A stretch of DNA of 64,000 bases from Christensenellaceae bacterium (GTDB taxonomy: Bacteria > Bacillota > Clostridia > Christensenellales > Borkfalkiaceae). Within the stretch, counting starts at the first letter, position 1, and the number at the start of each line of letters is the position of its first letter. Under the pieces are notes generated by a model, which was not told the origin of the DNA, searched no databases, and saw only the letters and a program-made list of their open reading frames with translations. Positions 36,772-45,913 of the stretch are shown here, in pieces. The translations under genes and the position numbers were made by a program. The stretch is taken from positions 1,175 to 65,174 of the forward strand of contig JAZSKA010000018.1 in the NCBI GenBank assembly GCA_045534605.1, given 5' to 3'.

Positions 36772-37230
36772 TTATCGTCTTTTATTTTTGAAAAAATCTT
36801 TTAAAAGGCTAGCGCACTCTTTTTCCATCACACCGCCCTCGTATTCAGTCGACCAATTAAGCCCACTTTCGTCTAAGAGTTTATACTTACTTACAACCGC
36901 TCCGCCTTTAGGCTCGTACGCGCCAAAATACAATTTTTTTATTCGCGCGTTAAGAATTGCGCCTGCGCACATAACGCAAGGCTCTAAGGTAACGAACATC
37001 TCGCAGTCGTCAAGTCGCCAACTTTTTAGTTTTTTACACGCCCTGTTTATTGCGATAATCTCGGCGTGATAGGTCGCCATTTGAGATTTTTCACGGTTAT
37101 TAAAAGCCCGAGAAATAATCTTTCCGTCTTTAACGATAACCGCGCCAACTGGCACTTCGTCGCGCTTTAACCCTGCTATAGCCTGATTAATCGCCTTTTC
37201 CATAAAATATTTTTGGTGTAATTCGTCCAT
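36772..37230 (-). CDS. tadA: tRNA adenosine(34) deaminase
   Basis: HAEIIAI and PCVMCAGA zinc-binding motifs. Confidence 0.92.
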   Translation of the reverse strand: MDELHQKYFMEKAINQAIAGLKRDEVPVGAVIVKDGKIISRAFNNREKSQMATYHAEIIAINRACKKLKSWRLDDCEMFVTLEPCVMCAGAILNARIKKLYFGAYEPKGGAVVSKYKLLDESGLNWSTEYEGGVMEKECASLLKDFFKNKRR

Positions 37231-37231
37231 T

Positions 37232-37705
37232 TTACTTATGATACTCCGTTTTAGCGTTTATCATATACGCGCGATAAATCTGCTCTAGGCACATCACGCG
37301 AAAAAGCGTGTGCGGAAAAGTCATTTCAGAAAAAGAAATTTTTACTTTTGCGATATTTTTAACCTTGTCCGATAAACCGTACGAACCGCCTATAACGAAA
37401 GTCATTTCTTCGCCTGAAGATATCAAGGAATTGAAACTTTCGGCAAGTTTTTCACTTGAAAAAGTTTTCCCTTCGATACAGGTTGCGAAAACGCTACCTT
37501 TTACTTTTTTCAAAATTTCTTCGCCTTCGCGCTCAATAATTTTCAACTTTTCACCACTTGACGGAACGGTTACGAAATTTTCTTCTTTAATTTCAATAAT
37601 TTTTAATTCACAAAATCTTGAAAGCCTTTTTGCGTATTCATTTATTGCATCTTGAAAATATTTTTCTTTAACTTTTCCAACGCAAACTAAATTTACCTTT
37701 ACCAT
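37232..37705 (-). CDS. rlmH: 23S rRNA (pseudouridine1915-N3)-methyltransferase
   Basis: 157 aa SPOUT protein with FVIGGSYGLSD and SFSEMTFPH. Confidence 0.9.
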   Translation of the reverse strand: MVKVNLVCVGKVKEKYFQDAINEYAKRLSRFCELKIIEIKEENFVTVPSSGEKLKIIEREGEEILKKVKGSVFATCIEGKTFSSEKLAESFNSLISSGEEMTFVIGGSYGLSDKVKNIAKVKISFSEMTFPHTLFRVMCLEQIYRAYMINAKTEYHK

Positions 37706-37732
37706 AATTATTCTTTCTTCTTTATTCTTTTA

Positions 37733-38626
37733 TCAAAAGAGTGCAACCACCCACATTATACACGCCCCGAAAATTCCACCGAGCGCGCCGATTAAAAATT
37801 CGTTTACGCCTTTTTTCGTGCCTTTTTCAAACTTTCTAGTAAAACATAAAACTACGACTGAAACAACAAGCGCAATAACGCCAAAAACCGTCAATAATAT
37901 TTTGGTTGAGTTTTCAAAACTTAAATTTAAGAAATAGTAGTTTATAACGACGAAAAAATTATTCAAAAAGTGAATTATAATCGACGGAATTAAACTTTTT
38001 GACTTTATCGCAATAAGCCCGAACAAAACGCCTGCTAAAAATTGATAAACGGTCTTTTCGGGACTCATATGATATATTGAAAAAAGCAGTGCAGAAATTA
38101 ATATAGCAAAAATTTCACCGTGCTTTTTAAGTCCGCCAAGTATTACGCCACGGAAAATTAATTCTTCAAAACACGCTGGCGCTATGCAAACGAAAATAGT
38201 TACCAAAATTACGGATACGGCGCTTTTATTTGGCAAAGTCGCGCTTGACGGCTCGTAGCCGAGTTTTTGTAAAAAACTTATAAAATAATTGTTTGCTTCA
38301 CCAAGCCCGAAATACATACCGAAAAAAATCAGCAAACAAAGTATATAGAAAATTGGCGAAATCTTAAGCGTGCCTATACACGGTCTTAAATCTTCACCCG
38401 TCACTTTTTTGCCTACTATTAAAGTAATAAATAGCATCACACCGGTTGCTATAATAGATAGGTACTGATACCATAAAAATCCGTCGGGATTTTCTCCTTT
38501 AGATAACATTGTAACGATGATTGAAACAAAAATAGACAAAATTATATAGCAAAGAACGGTAGTGGTATAAAACACCCCTGCCGAACTTGTACTAACTTCT
38601 TTTATTTTTTTGTCTTTTTCAACCAT
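37733..38626 (-). CDS. CPBP family intramembrane glutamic endopeptidase
   Basis: Multi-TM protein with FEELIFRGV, FSIYH and IIHFLNN motifs. Confidence 0.85.
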   Translation of the reverse strand: MVEKDKKIKEVSTSSAGVFYTTTVLCYIILSIFVSIIVTMLSKGENPDGFLWYQYLSIIATGVMLFITLIVGKKVTGEDLRPCIGTLKISPIFYILCLLIFFGMYFGLGEANNYFISFLQKLGYEPSSATLPNKSAVSVILVTIFVCIAPACFEELIFRGVILGGLKKHGEIFAILISALLFSIYHMSPEKTVYQFLAGVLFGLIAIKSKSLIPSIIIHFLNNFFVVINYYFLNLSFENSTKILLTVFGVIALVVSVVVLCFTRKFEKGTKKGVNEFLIGALGGIFGACIMWVVALF

Positions 38627-38647
38627 AAACCCACCTAAAACATCAAA

Positions 38648-38660
38648 TAATCGACTTATT
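38648..38660 (+). repeat. D-box copy (TAATCGACTTATT)
   Basis: One mismatch. The TTA at 38656-38658 is the plsY stop codon. Confidence 0.7.
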
Positions 38661-39390
38661 CAGCGATATCTCTCTTTTTTAGCTTGCTTTTAAATTTGAT
38701 ATTTTTTATCATTTGAAGCCAGTTCGTATCGTGTTCTTCACAAGATAAAAGTTGTTTAATATTTCTTCTGTGAGCAAGCCACGTTACTAAAATAAACAAA
38801 AACAAAAGCATGCAAGAAAAGATAAAATAGCCTGAAATATTACTTATTACAAAATAGTCGTAATAAAGTTTTATAAGCGTTGCAATAACGGTCGGAGTCG
38901 TTGCTATAAACGAGCCGACAGCCCCCATTTTCGTTGCGAAAATAAAAACGAGTGCTAAAACCAATGAAATAAGTGAAAACTGCCAGTTGATTACAAGTAG
39001 CGCACCGATAGTTGACGCGATACCTTTCCCACCTTTAAACCCGTAAAATATTGGGAATACGTGACCAAGCACGACGGATAGCCCCGCCAAACTTTCCGCA
39101 CATAACGTAAGTGGCTCGCCGATCATACTTTTTGCGTGAAGATTTAAAAACAAAAGTTTAACCGTAAGCGTCGGAATTACACCTTTTAAAACGTCGAGAA
39201 CGAAAACGAGTATGCCGATTTTTAGTCCAAAATTTCTACTCATATTCATAGTCCCCGGGTTTCCGCTACCCATTTTACGAATATCTTTACTTTTAATTTT
39301 TGATATAGTTATGGCGCTGTTAAAGTTACCTGCTAGATAGCACGCAACAAAAACAATTAAAAACCGCCACCAAAGTTCAGAAAAAGTCAT
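38656..39390 (-). CDS. plsY: Glycerol-3-phosphate acyltransferase PlsY (with C-terminal extension)
   Basis: GSGNPGTMN and GFKGGKGIA motifs. The start overlaps the der stop (TGATG). Confidence 0.88.
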   Translation of the reverse strand: MTFSELWWRFLIVFVACYLAGNFNSAITISKIKSKDIRKMGSGNPGTMNMSRNFGLKIGILVFVLDVLKGVIPTLTVKLLFLNLHAKSMIGEPLTLCAESLAGLSVVLGHVFPIFYGFKGGKGIASTIGALLVINWQFSLISLVLALVFIFATKMGAVGSFIATTPTVIATLIKLYYDYFVISNISGYFIFSCMLLFLFILVTWLAHRRNIKQLLSCEEHDTNWLQMIKNIKFKSKLKKRDIAE

Positions 39391-40703
39391 CAGTCGTCAC
39401 CCTTTTCTCTTACGAAAATTCTAATTGGCGTACCTTCAAACCCGAAAGTTTTTCTTAAAACGTTCTCTAAATAACGCTTGTACGAAAAGTGCATAAGGTC
39501 TTGATTGTTTACAAAAATTACGAAAGTTGGCGGACAAACACCGTCTTGAACGGCGTAATAAATCTTAAGTCGTCTACCGTGTTTGGTTGGTGGTTCAGTC
39601 ATTCTGACAGCGTCGCCGATAACGTCGTTTAGCGTTCCTGTCGTTATGCGCTTTCTAGCACTTTCAAGGCTCTCTAGCGCGATTTTCAGCACTTTATCAA
39701 CCCTTTGACCAGTTAGCGCAGAAATGTAAACTGCCTTATAATAATCCATAAATGCAAGATCACAATCGAGTTTTTTTCGATATTCTTCAATGGTGTGCGT
39801 GTCTTTATCAACCGCGTCCCACTTATTCATAACGATAACTGACGGCTTTCCTTGTTCGTGGATATAACCGCAAATTTTAACGTCTTGCTCGGTAAGCCCT
39901 TCTTTACTGTCGACGACCATCAAGCAAACGTCTGCTCTACGAATAGAGTTAAACGCACGAATAACGCTGTAATACTCAACGTTTTCTTCAACTGCCTTTT
40001 TCTTTCTGATACCTGCAGTATCAATCAATAAATATTTTTGACCGTCAAGTTCAAACGGCGTGTCGATTGCATCGCGAGTAGTTCCCGAAATGTTTGAAAC
40101 GATCGTTCTTTCGTACCCTAAAAGTTTATTGACTAAACTTGACTTTCCAGCGTTAGGCTTACCTACCACCGCAACTTTTATAACGTCGGAGTTTTCGTCT
40201 TCAGAAAGATTTTTAGGAAAATCTTCGCAAACGGCGTCTAAAACGTCGCCAAGCCCTTTCGACTGCTCGGCAGAAATGCCGTAAGGCTCGCCAAGTCCTA
40301 ACTCGTAATACTCAAATAGTTCTTCCTGTCTGTAATTGTCAAGTTTATTAACGACTAAAACGATAGGCTTTTTACTTCTGCGAAGTTTTTCGGCAACGTC
40401 TCTATCTGCTGAAGTTAAACCGCTTTTTGCGTCACAGAAAAACATAATAACGTCAGCGGTATCAATCGCTATTTCCGCTTGCTTTTTAATGTGTCCCCAC
40501 ATTTCGTCGTCACTTTTAAGTTCAATACCGCCAGTATCAATAAGAGTAAACGAGTGACCGCACCACTCCACGTCACAGTAAAGTCTGTCACGCGTAACGC
40601 CAGGTCTATCTTCAACGATAGCCATTTTAGTGCCCGTTACCTTGTTAAAAAACGTCGATTTTCCTACGTTTGGTCTACCGACTATTGCCACTAATGGTTT
40701 CAT
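39390..40703 (-). CDS. der: Ribosome-associated GTPase Der/EngA
   Basis: Two G domains (GRPNVGKST, GKPNAGKSS) and a KH-like C-terminus. I prefer ATG at 40703 (MKPLVAIVG), preceded by GAAGGTGG. Confidence 0.93.
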   Translation of the reverse strand: MKPLVAIVGRPNVGKSTFFNKVTGTKMAIVEDRPGVTRDRLYCDVEWCGHSFTLIDTGGIELKSDDEMWGHIKKQAEIAIDTADVIMFFCDAKSGLTSADRDVAEKLRRSKKPIVLVVNKLDNYRQEELFEYYELGLGEPYGISAEQSKGLGDVLDAVCEDFPKNLSEDENSDVIKVAVVGKPNAGKSSLVNKLLGYERTIVSNISGTTRDAIDTPFELDGQKYLLIDTAGIRKKKAVEENVEYYSVIRAFNSIRRADVCLMVVDSKEGLTEQDVKICGYIHEQGKPSVIVMNKWDAVDKDTHTIEEYRKKLDCDLAFMDYYKAVYISALTGQRVDKVLKIALESLESARKRITTGTLNDVIGDAVRMTEPPTKHGRRLKIYYAVQDGVCPPTFVIFVNNQDLMHFSYKRYLENVLRKTFGFEGTPIRIFVREKGDD

Positions 40704-40704
40704 A

Positions 40705-42009
40705 TTAATCACCACCTTCAACTAATAAATAGTAATTATCGCTCGATAGCGAATTGAAAAAACTTGCGCCGTCACTTTCGATAACTCTTATAGGCTTTTT
40801 AATTTCTTTAGAAAGATCTTCTAGCGTCTTGCCGTCAATAAAGAGTGGCTCGCCGTTTTTAAGCATTACGCTCGATATCAAAAGTTCGTCAAACTCACCT
40901 AAAAAAGAGTTTACTGCATTTAGGATATCTTGCCCCGTCAAAAGTCCAGCACACGTTACGGTTTTTCCGAAAAACAAGTTCTCAGCACCTAAAACGTAAA
41001 CCTTTAAACCGTCGACGAGTTCTTCTGTCTTTTTAGCAAACTTTTCGATAAAATTTTTAGCCGACTTTCCCGTAATTATTAAAAAAGTGCGCCTATAACA
41101 CCGTTTTTCGCAAACTTCGTTAAATTCTTTTTCAAAAAGTCTTATTCCGCCAACCCCGTTTTCAAGTTGACCAAACTCTCCGTAAAAGTCGGCGTTTGGC
41201 ATTTCAATTTTAGCGCGAATATAAAATTCGTCAGCGCAAAACACAAAATTTCTTCCAAGTTTTTTGTTAAAATTATCAATTTGTTCTATAACTTTTTTCG
41301 AATAATCTTCGTCTATATCTTCGATAGGATAAAGCCCGTCTCTATGCTCGGTAATTCCGCACGGAACGACTGCAAGCGACAAAACGCTGTCAAGAGAAGA
41401 TAAATCTTGCATAGTTTTATCTAAAATTTTTCCGTCGTTTAAACCTTTAACTAATACGACTTGGGTATGAATTGAAATTCCGCCGTCGCTAAGTCTTTTT
41501 AGATATTCGTTGATTTTCCACGCAAAGCGATTGTTTAAAAGCGTTTTTCTCGTGTTTTCGTCCGTTGCGTGAACGGATACGTATAAAGGGCTTAAGTTTA
41601 GCCGTATAATTCTTTCGATATCGCTATCCGTTACGTTCGTAAGCGTTACGTAATTTCCGCAAAGAAAACTTTGGCGATAGTCGTCGTCTTTAATATAAAG
41701 CGTATCGCGCATACCTTTTGGCATTTGGTCGATAAAGCAGAAAACGCAATTATTTCGACAAGTTTTAAGATCAAGATTATCACTTATAAATTCAAGTCCT
41801 AAAGTCTCGTCAAAATCTTTTTCAATCTCAAACTCAAATTCTTCGCCGTCGCGCAAAACGGTCATAACGAAAAATTCTTGCGCGTCGTAATATTCATAGT
41901 CTAAAATATCGACTACGCTAAACTCGTCAAACGCGACGATTTTATCTTTAGGGCGCAAGCCAATTTCAAACCCAACCCCGTCTTTTTCTACATTTTTTAT
42001 CTCAAGCAT
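40705..42009 (-). CDS. DUF512 protein (PDZ plus radical-SAM-like plus DUF512), conserved upstream of der in Clostridia
   Basis: CRNNCVFCFIDQMP. I prefer the start at 42009 (MLEIKNVEKDG). The upstream extension of the ORF-track call runs toward the intergenic region that carries repeat element B1. Confidence 0.8.
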   Translation of the reverse strand: MLEIKNVEKDGVGFEIGLRPKDKIVAFDEFSVVDILDYEYYDAQEFFVMTVLRDGEEFEFEIEKDFDETLGLEFISDNLDLKTCRNNCVFCFIDQMPKGMRDTLYIKDDDYRQSFLCGNYVTLTNVTDSDIERIIRLNLSPLYVSVHATDENTRKTLLNNRFAWKINEYLKRLSDGGISIHTQVVLVKGLNDGKILDKTMQDLSSLDSVLSLAVVPCGITEHRDGLYPIEDIDEDYSKKVIEQIDNFNKKLGRNFVFCADEFYIRAKIEMPNADFYGEFGQLENGVGGIRLFEKEFNEVCEKRCYRRTFLIITGKSAKNFIEKFAKKTEELVDGLKVYVLGAENLFFGKTVTCAGLLTGQDILNAVNSFLGEFDELLISSVMLKNGEPLFIDGKTLEDLSKEIKKPIRVIESDGASFFNSLSSDNYYLLVEGGD

Positions 42010-42095
42010 ACCCTTATTATATACAAAATAAGACTTTTTGTAAAGAATAAACGCGCGTATTAGCCGAATCCTATGAGGGATTTCGGCAACTAAAT

Positions 42096-42307
42096 AAATT
42101 TGCAAGCAAATTTGTTATATTCGTCTAACAACGAGTGATATTGCCTAGCGCAGTGATATTTGCCTTACGGCAAATTATAATTTATTTAATATAACTTTGG
42201 CATAGCCAAAATATAACTGCTTGCGCAGTTGGCGTTCGCTACACTCAGTTAAACTGTTTGCTAGCGCAAACAATATAACTTTTAGCCACAAGGCTAAAAA
42301 TATAACT
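42096..42307 (+). repeat. Hairpin-array element, family B, copy 1
   Basis: The left arm has hairpins separated by GTTATATT/GTGATATT (42114, 42135, 42153). The central perfect palindrome is aaattataattt (42172-42183). The right arm has hairpins separated by AATATAAC (42188, 42210, 42272, 42299). Confidence 0.85.
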
Positions 42308-42332
42308 AATAATTATTTAATATTTTATTGTT

Positions 42333-42374
42333 AAAAAAACACACTAAATTTCGCTTTTAGTGAACTTTAGTGTG
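42333..42374 (-). terminator. Intrinsic terminator after queH
   Basis: Stem cacactaaa / tttagtgtg with a 7-nt T-run on the minus strand. Confidence 0.7.
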
Positions 42375-42402
42375 CCGGCGCTTTTAAAATATTTTACGAT
42401 AA

Positions 42403-42990
42403 TTATCTTTTAGAAAACTCGCAACCGCAGTAGTTTTGGCGGTATAAACCAAACTTACTTGACAGTTCTATCGAGCGTTTGTACCCGTCTTGCTTTTTAA
42501 AATCGGTCGGAAGATAAATTGCCGAAGTTTTCAAACTTTCACCGATTTCATTTAGCCACTGAGAATTTTTATGCGGACTTAAGGTTAAAGTCGTTGCAAA
42601 ATAATCGAATTTTTTATCCGCCAAGTTTGCCGTTTTTTCAAGACGAAGTTTATAGCAGTTATAACACCTTTTACCACGCTCAGGCTCGCTTTCTAAATCT
42701 TTAGAAATTTGATAAAATTTATCTTTTTCAAACTCACCTTCAAAAAGCGGAATTTCTGGGTAAAATTTTTCTAAAAACGAACGAATTTCATCAAGTCTAT
42801 AATTATATTCTTTTTCGTCGGTTATGTTTGGATTATAGAAAAACACGGTTACCGAAAAAACGTCTGAAAGTCTTTCGAGTGCCGTCGTCGAGCAAGGCGC
42901 ACAGCACGCGTGAAGAAGCAACTTTTTCTTTTTACCTTCTTCTTTTTCCTTTTTTATAATTTCGTTGAATTTTTCAAAATAATTAATCAT
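42403..42990 (-). CDS. queH: Epoxyqueuosine reductase QueH (DUF208)
   Basis: LLHACCAPCS and a C-terminal YCGCEFS. Confidence 0.88.
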   Translation of the reverse strand: MINYFEKFNEIIKKEKEEGKKKKLLLHACCAPCSTTALERLSDVFSVTVFFYNPNITDEKEYNYRLDEIRSFLEKFYPEIPLFEGEFEKDKFYQISKDLESEPERGKRCYNCYKLRLEKTANLADKKFDYFATTLTLSPHKNSQWLNEIGESLKTSAIYLPTDFKKQDGYKRSIELSSKFGLYRQNYCGCEFSKR

Positions 42991-43009
42991 TTTTTATAAA
43001 AAATCGCGC

Positions 43010-43022
43010 TATAAGTCGATTA
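43010..43022 (-). repeat. D-box copy
   Basis: Exact TATAAGTCGATTA. The TTA at 43020-43022 is the stop of the membrane-protein gene. The extended match to the C-palindrome core is taatcgacttatagcgcgatt. Confidence 0.8.
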
Positions 43023-43649
43023 TTCGGCTTTTTCTTCTGCATTATCTTTTTTTGCGGTCGCAACTTTAACGATAAAGATGATAAGCATAACGATTGCTAT
43101 TAAGAAAAGTATTAAAATTATCGTGTCGACGTAAGAAGCAAAAAAGTAAGTTAAAAGTGTAATGATAGTACCTGCAATTAAGTTTCCAACAGCAAGTGGC
43201 AAAATGCTTTCGCGAAACCTTAGCCCTAAAAATACTGCCATTGCAGTACCCGTCCAAACACCAGTTACAGGGAAAGGAACGGCTACGAAAATAAACAGAC
43301 TTATCATATAAATTTTCTTTACTGCTTTTTCTGCGTCGCCATCTGCTTTTTTAGCAATTTTTAACGCCTTATTCTTTAAAACGAGTTCTACTTTTTCAAT
43401 AAATCCACCGACGAATTTAATCTTCTTTAATAGGTTGAAAATAGGAACTAATAAAAAGAAAATCGGGATACAAATAAGCGTCGAGCCTAAGTATGCTAGC
43501 GGTGCAGTCTGTAAAAGTTCAAGCCCAAGTTTCGTGCCGATAGGAATCGCGCCTTTAAGTTCGATAAGCGGAAAACAAGACGTAAGCAAAACCAAGAGAT
43601 AGTCGTTTTTTATAAAAGACTGCAAAAAGTTCACTATTATATCTGCCAT
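43020..43649 (-). CDS. Small multidrug-export-like membrane protein (COG2426 type)
   Basis: 209 aa, multi-TM, with IELKGAIPIG near the N-terminus. Confidence 0.6.
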   Translation of the reverse strand: MADIIVNFLQSFIKNDYLLVLLTSCFPLIELKGAIPIGTKLGLELLQTAPLAYLGSTLICIPIFFLLVPIFNLLKKIKFVGGFIEKVELVLKNKALKIAKKADGDAEKAVKKIYMISLFIFVAVPFPVTGVWTGTAMAVFLGLRFRESILPLAVGNLIAGTIITLLTYFFASYVDTIILILFLIAIVMLIIFIVKVATAKKDNAEEKAE

Positions 43650-43746
43650 AAAGCCCCCAATAATTTGATTTTTTTCAAGTTTTAATATATGATATATCTA
43701 ACACGATTATATTAACACAAAAATCGAAAAAGAGCAAAGGTTTTTT

Positions 43747-44517
43747 ATGAATTTACAACAACTACTATCCCCTGCAAGAAAAGCGATTGAAGATTACGAG
43801 ATGATATCTGACGGCGACAAGATTGCCGTCGGGCTTTCTGGTGGTAAAGATAGCGTAACGCTACTTTATATTCTAGCAGGACTTAAACGCTTTTACCCTA
43901 AAAAATTCGAACTTGTCGCAATCACTATCGACTTAGGTCTTAACTACGACCAAAAAGAAGTTGAAAGTTTAAAAAATTTATGTAAAGAGTTAGACGTAGA
44001 ATACCATATCGTTCCTACTGATATCTATCAAATTTTGTTCGTTGAAAGAAAAGAAAAAAGCCCGTGCAGTCTTTGCTCGAAAATGCGCCGTGGCGCACTT
44101 AACACTAAAGCGATTGAACTTGGTTGCAATAAACTTGCTTTAGGTCATCACGCAGACGACCTTATCGAAACGCTGTTTTTGTCGTTATTTTACGAAGGTA
44201 GACTTTCAACTTTCGAGCCTATCACCTATTTATCCCGCGCGAACATGACGGTAATTAGACCAATGATTTATATCGAAGAAAAAAATATCCGCGCTTTTTC
44301 TAAAGACAAACCAGTCCTTTACAACCCTTGCCCAGCGGACAAGCACACCCAGCGCGAGTATATTAAAAATTTACTAAATCAAATTAAAAAAGATATTCCG
44401 ATAGCAAAAGACAGAATGTTATCTGCAATAACCCACCCAGAAAGAAACCACCTTTTTGACGACGCTATCGAAAAATACGCCCGCGAAATGAAAGAACTAA
44501 ACAACAAAAAAGACTAA
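43747..44517 (+). CDS. ttcA: PP-loop ATPase, tRNA 2-thiocytidine synthase TtcA-like
   Basis: GLSGGKDS PP-loop and CSLCSKMRRG. Confidence 0.8.
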   Translation: MNLQQLLSPARKAIEDYEMISDGDKIAVGLSGGKDSVTLLYILAGLKRFYPKKFELVAITIDLGLNYDQKEVESLKNLCKELDVEYHIVPTDIYQILFVERKEKSPCSLCSKMRRGALNTKAIELGCNKLALGHHADDLIETLFLSLFYEGRLSTFEPITYLSRANMTVIRPMIYIEEKNIRAFSKDKPVLYNPCPADKHTQREYIKNLLNQIKKDIPIAKDRMLSAITHPERNHLFDDAIEKYAREMKELNNKKD

Positions 44518-44518
44518 A

Positions 44519-44531
44519 TAATCGACTTATA
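44519..44531 (+). repeat. D-box copy
   Basis: Exact TAATCGACTTATA, beginning 2 nt after the ttcA-like stop. Confidence 0.8.
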
Positions 44532-44576
44532 CCGCGATATTATAAAAACCGTTCTATTTTAAGAACGGTTTTTAGT

Positions 44577-45671
44577 TTAATTAAAAATTGTTTCTTCTGA
44601 TTCTCTATCGAACAAGTGCATTTTGTCGAAGTTGAATTTAACTTGAACTTCAACGTTTGAATCGATTTCAGTCTCTGCTGAAATTATCACGTTGAAATCG
44701 TTTAAAGTTTTTTGGTCGAGTTTTAGCGTTGCAACCTTATACGCACCGTAATTATCAACGCCGTCAACCATAGCAGTAATATCGCCGTCGCTAGATACGA
44801 TTTTCATATCTTCAGGGCGGATACCAACGGTTAATTCCATATCCTTAACTTCTTTAATTTTTGAAACGACGCTAGTTGGCAAATCAAAAGTTTTACCAAG
44901 CATTTCTAAACTTGCACCGCTATCAGTCTTTACAAGGTTAGCCGAAATTAGAGCAATATTTGGCGAGCCAATATAACTTGCAACGAAAACGGTTCTTGGG
45001 TTAAGATAGATATCCTTTGGCGTACCGTCTTGCTCGATTTTACCGTTGTTTAAAAGGATAAGTCTTGAAGCCATCGTCATAGCGTCAATTTGGTCGCGAG
45101 TTGCGTAGATAAAAGTTGCGCCAAGTCTATATTGAAGTTTTATAAGTTCCGAGCGAACGCGTTTTGTAAGCGTGTCGTCCAAACTTGCCAAAACGTCGTC
45201 AAAAAGACAAACGTTTGGATCTCTTACAAGCGCCCTTGCAAGCGTAACGCGTTGGCGTTCGAGAGCGGTAAGCGTTTTAGGCTTTCTTTGTAAAATGTTT
45301 TCAATATCTAAAATACGCGCAATTTCACGCACTTTGATATTAATTTCTTCATACGAAAGTTTTCTTAATTTTAGACCAAACGCGATATTTTCGTAAACGT
45401 TCGCAGGTAAAAGTTGTTGGTTTTGGAAAACCATCGCTAAATTTCTGTCTTTTGGCATAAGTTCGTTTGAAAAAGTATCACCGATATAAAGACTTCCTTC
45501 GTCGATAGTGTCAAGACCTGCGATTAAACGAAGCACCGCACTCTTTCCCGAGCCAGTCGGTCCTAAAAGCACCACAAACTCGCCGTCGTTGATTTCAAGG
45601 TTAAAATTTTCTATCGTAGTCTTATCTTCAACGTACGCTTTTTTAACGTCAATAAGTTTAATATTAGCCAT
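44577..45671 (-). CDS. Orphan sugar-type ABC transporter ATPase (MsmX/UgpC/MalK-like)
   Basis: GPTGSGKS and a C-terminal TOBE-like domain. I prefer the start at 45671 (MANIKLIDVKK), preceded by AGGGGA. There are no adjacent permease genes. Confidence 0.8.
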   Translation of the reverse strand: MANIKLIDVKKAYVEDKTTIENFNLEINDGEFVVLLGPTGSGKSAVLRLIAGLDTIDEGSLYIGDTFSNELMPKDRNLAMVFQNQQLLPANVYENIAFGLKLRKLSYEEINIKVREIARILDIENILQRKPKTLTALERQRVTLARALVRDPNVCLFDDVLASLDDTLTKRVRSELIKLQYRLGATFIYATRDQIDAMTMASRLILLNNGKIEQDGTPKDIYLNPRTVFVASYIGSPNIALISANLVKTDSGASLEMLGKTFDLPTSVVSKIKEVKDMELTVGIRPEDMKIVSSDGDITAMVDGVDNYGAYKVATLKLDQKTLNDFNVIISAETEIDSNVEVQVKFNFDKMHLFDRESEETIFN

Positions 45672-45913
45672 AAAAAGTCCCCTAAATATATTACCTAAAT
45701 ATTGTATCATAAAACGCAAAAAAATACAATATGCAAAATATCCTAAATTTTGGTTAATTTTTGTAAATATTGCATAAAAAGCCCTTGTATACGTCAATTA
45801 ATTAACCATTTTTGAAACTGTGAAAAGATATTTCATTTTTATTTTACGGCTAATTACTTGCGAATAAGTTATTAATATGTTATACTTATAAAAACTTTAG
45901 TTTGGTGGTTATT

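Noticed and set aside
42010-42105. N-terminal extension of the DUF512 ORF, and similarly 45672-45797 of the ABC ATPase ORF
   Set aside because: The extensions run through promoter-like and other intergenic sequence upstream of the genes and have implausible sequences. Internal ATGs (42009, 45671) give canonical N-termini with upstream RBS-like purine tracts.
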